From Naegleria gruberi (taxonomy: Eukaryota), in assembly GCA_000004985.1 (NCBI GenBank), contig GG738948.1: a stretch of 33,919 nt of DNA; one strand, 5' to 3'. Both the position numbers and the translations under genes were made by a program. Positions 33,584 to 33,919 of the stretch are shown here, in pieces. Positions within the stretch are counted from its first letter, which is position 1. Each line of letters begins with the position of its first letter. The notes beneath the pieces are model-generated. The model saw only the letters and a list, made by a program, of their open reading frames with translations. It did no database searches and was not told the DNA's origin.

Positions 33584-33919
33584 ATGAACTTTATCACCTC
33601 ATTGTTTACGCCTCCAACAACAAAAAAACTAAAAGCCAACAAGAAGAAACCAATGAAAAAGCAAAATATTGTTCATGCTAATCATCATCATCATCTGGAT
33701 CAACGATCTCCCATTCAACGATCACAATTAGATTTTAATAATTATTTGATGAGAGATGATACTAAACCAACACAAGTCTTCTTATCAAAATCGGAATATT
33801 ATGAGGAGGGAATAACTGATGATATTTACATGATGGGGAAAATGACTTCCGATTCAATGATTGTTTTAACGAGGAAGGGAAGGATTTATGTGCATGTTGA
33901 GCAAAAGNTGGAAACCTGA
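33584..33919 (+). CDS. hypothetical protein, N-terminal fragment (runs off window end); basic N-terminus and His-run
   Basis: The ATG at 33584 opens a 111-codon frame to the window end (MNFITSLFTPPTTKKLKANKKKPMKKQ…HANHHHHLDQ…) containing one N. I recognise no domain. Confidence 0.3.
   Translation: MNFITSLFTPPTTKKLKANKKKPMKKQNIVHANHHHHLDQRSPIQRSQLDFNNYLMRDDTKPTQVFLSKSEYYEEGITDDIYMMGKMTSDSMIVLTRKGRIYVHVEQKXET

Noticed and set aside
1-33919. Prokaryotic interpretation (operons, defence islands, CRISPR arrays)
   Set aside because: GT…AG introns restore conserved motifs (GNHE in the phosphoesterase). A Pol III-terminated 5S gene, NF-YB histone-fold, F-box, Kelch and NHL families and TAA-terminated monocistronic genes are also present. 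There are no direct-repeat/spacer arrays, no Shine-Dalgarno-spaced gene clusters and no recognisable prokaryotic defence genes.

Overview
This 33.9 kb window is a gapped eukaryotic nuclear scaffold, about 30% GC, and roughly 57% of it is N-runs. Four N-runs are large (4.3-5.3 kb): 2002-6998, 12642-16914, 21585-26234 and 27441-32780. Two are nominal 50-N gaps: 11287-11336 and 19411-19460. The resolved parts look like ordinary nuclear genes. They have short spliceosomal introns with GT...AG ends (49, 66 and 90 nt), they end on TAA, and they encode typically eukaryotic families. Supported features are listed below.

- A dispersed 5S rRNA gene with a Pol III oligo-T terminator, and a truncated antisense tRNA 5' half 17 nt downstream of that T-run.
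- An F-box/LRR-like gene whose frame is broken by two in-frame TAG codons.
- A calcineurin-like metallophosphoesterase gene with two exons.
- An NHL-repeat gene that starts 6 nt after the phosphoesterase stop.
- A convergent NF-YB/HAP3 histone-fold gene.
- A Kelch-repeat gene 3' fragment.
- A two-exon Lys-rich gene of unknown function.
- An open frame of at least 708 aa containing Cys clusters, running into a gap, which may be a transposase.
- A DUF676 (GHSLGG) serine-esterase gene.
- A KefG/MdaB-like flavodoxin-fold NAD(P)H oxidoreductase gene.

A 1,305-bp segment (7010-8314) recurs with no difference I could find at 11337-12641, an offset of 4,327 bp, and both copies begin at gap edges. The content (F-box/LRR, Kelch, NHL, possible Cys-cluster transposase, isolated 5S gene, AT-richness) fits an AT-rich early-diverging fungus such as a Glomeromycotina member. 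That assignment is inference only. I see nothing resembling a prokaryotic defence system, CRISPR array or operon. Most genes here are truncated by gaps, so much of the potentially interesting content, probably repeats or TEs, is hidden in the N-runs. The six-frame ORFs running through X-runs are artifacts, and the 'M' starts in the supplied track are often GTG or TTG rather than ATG.
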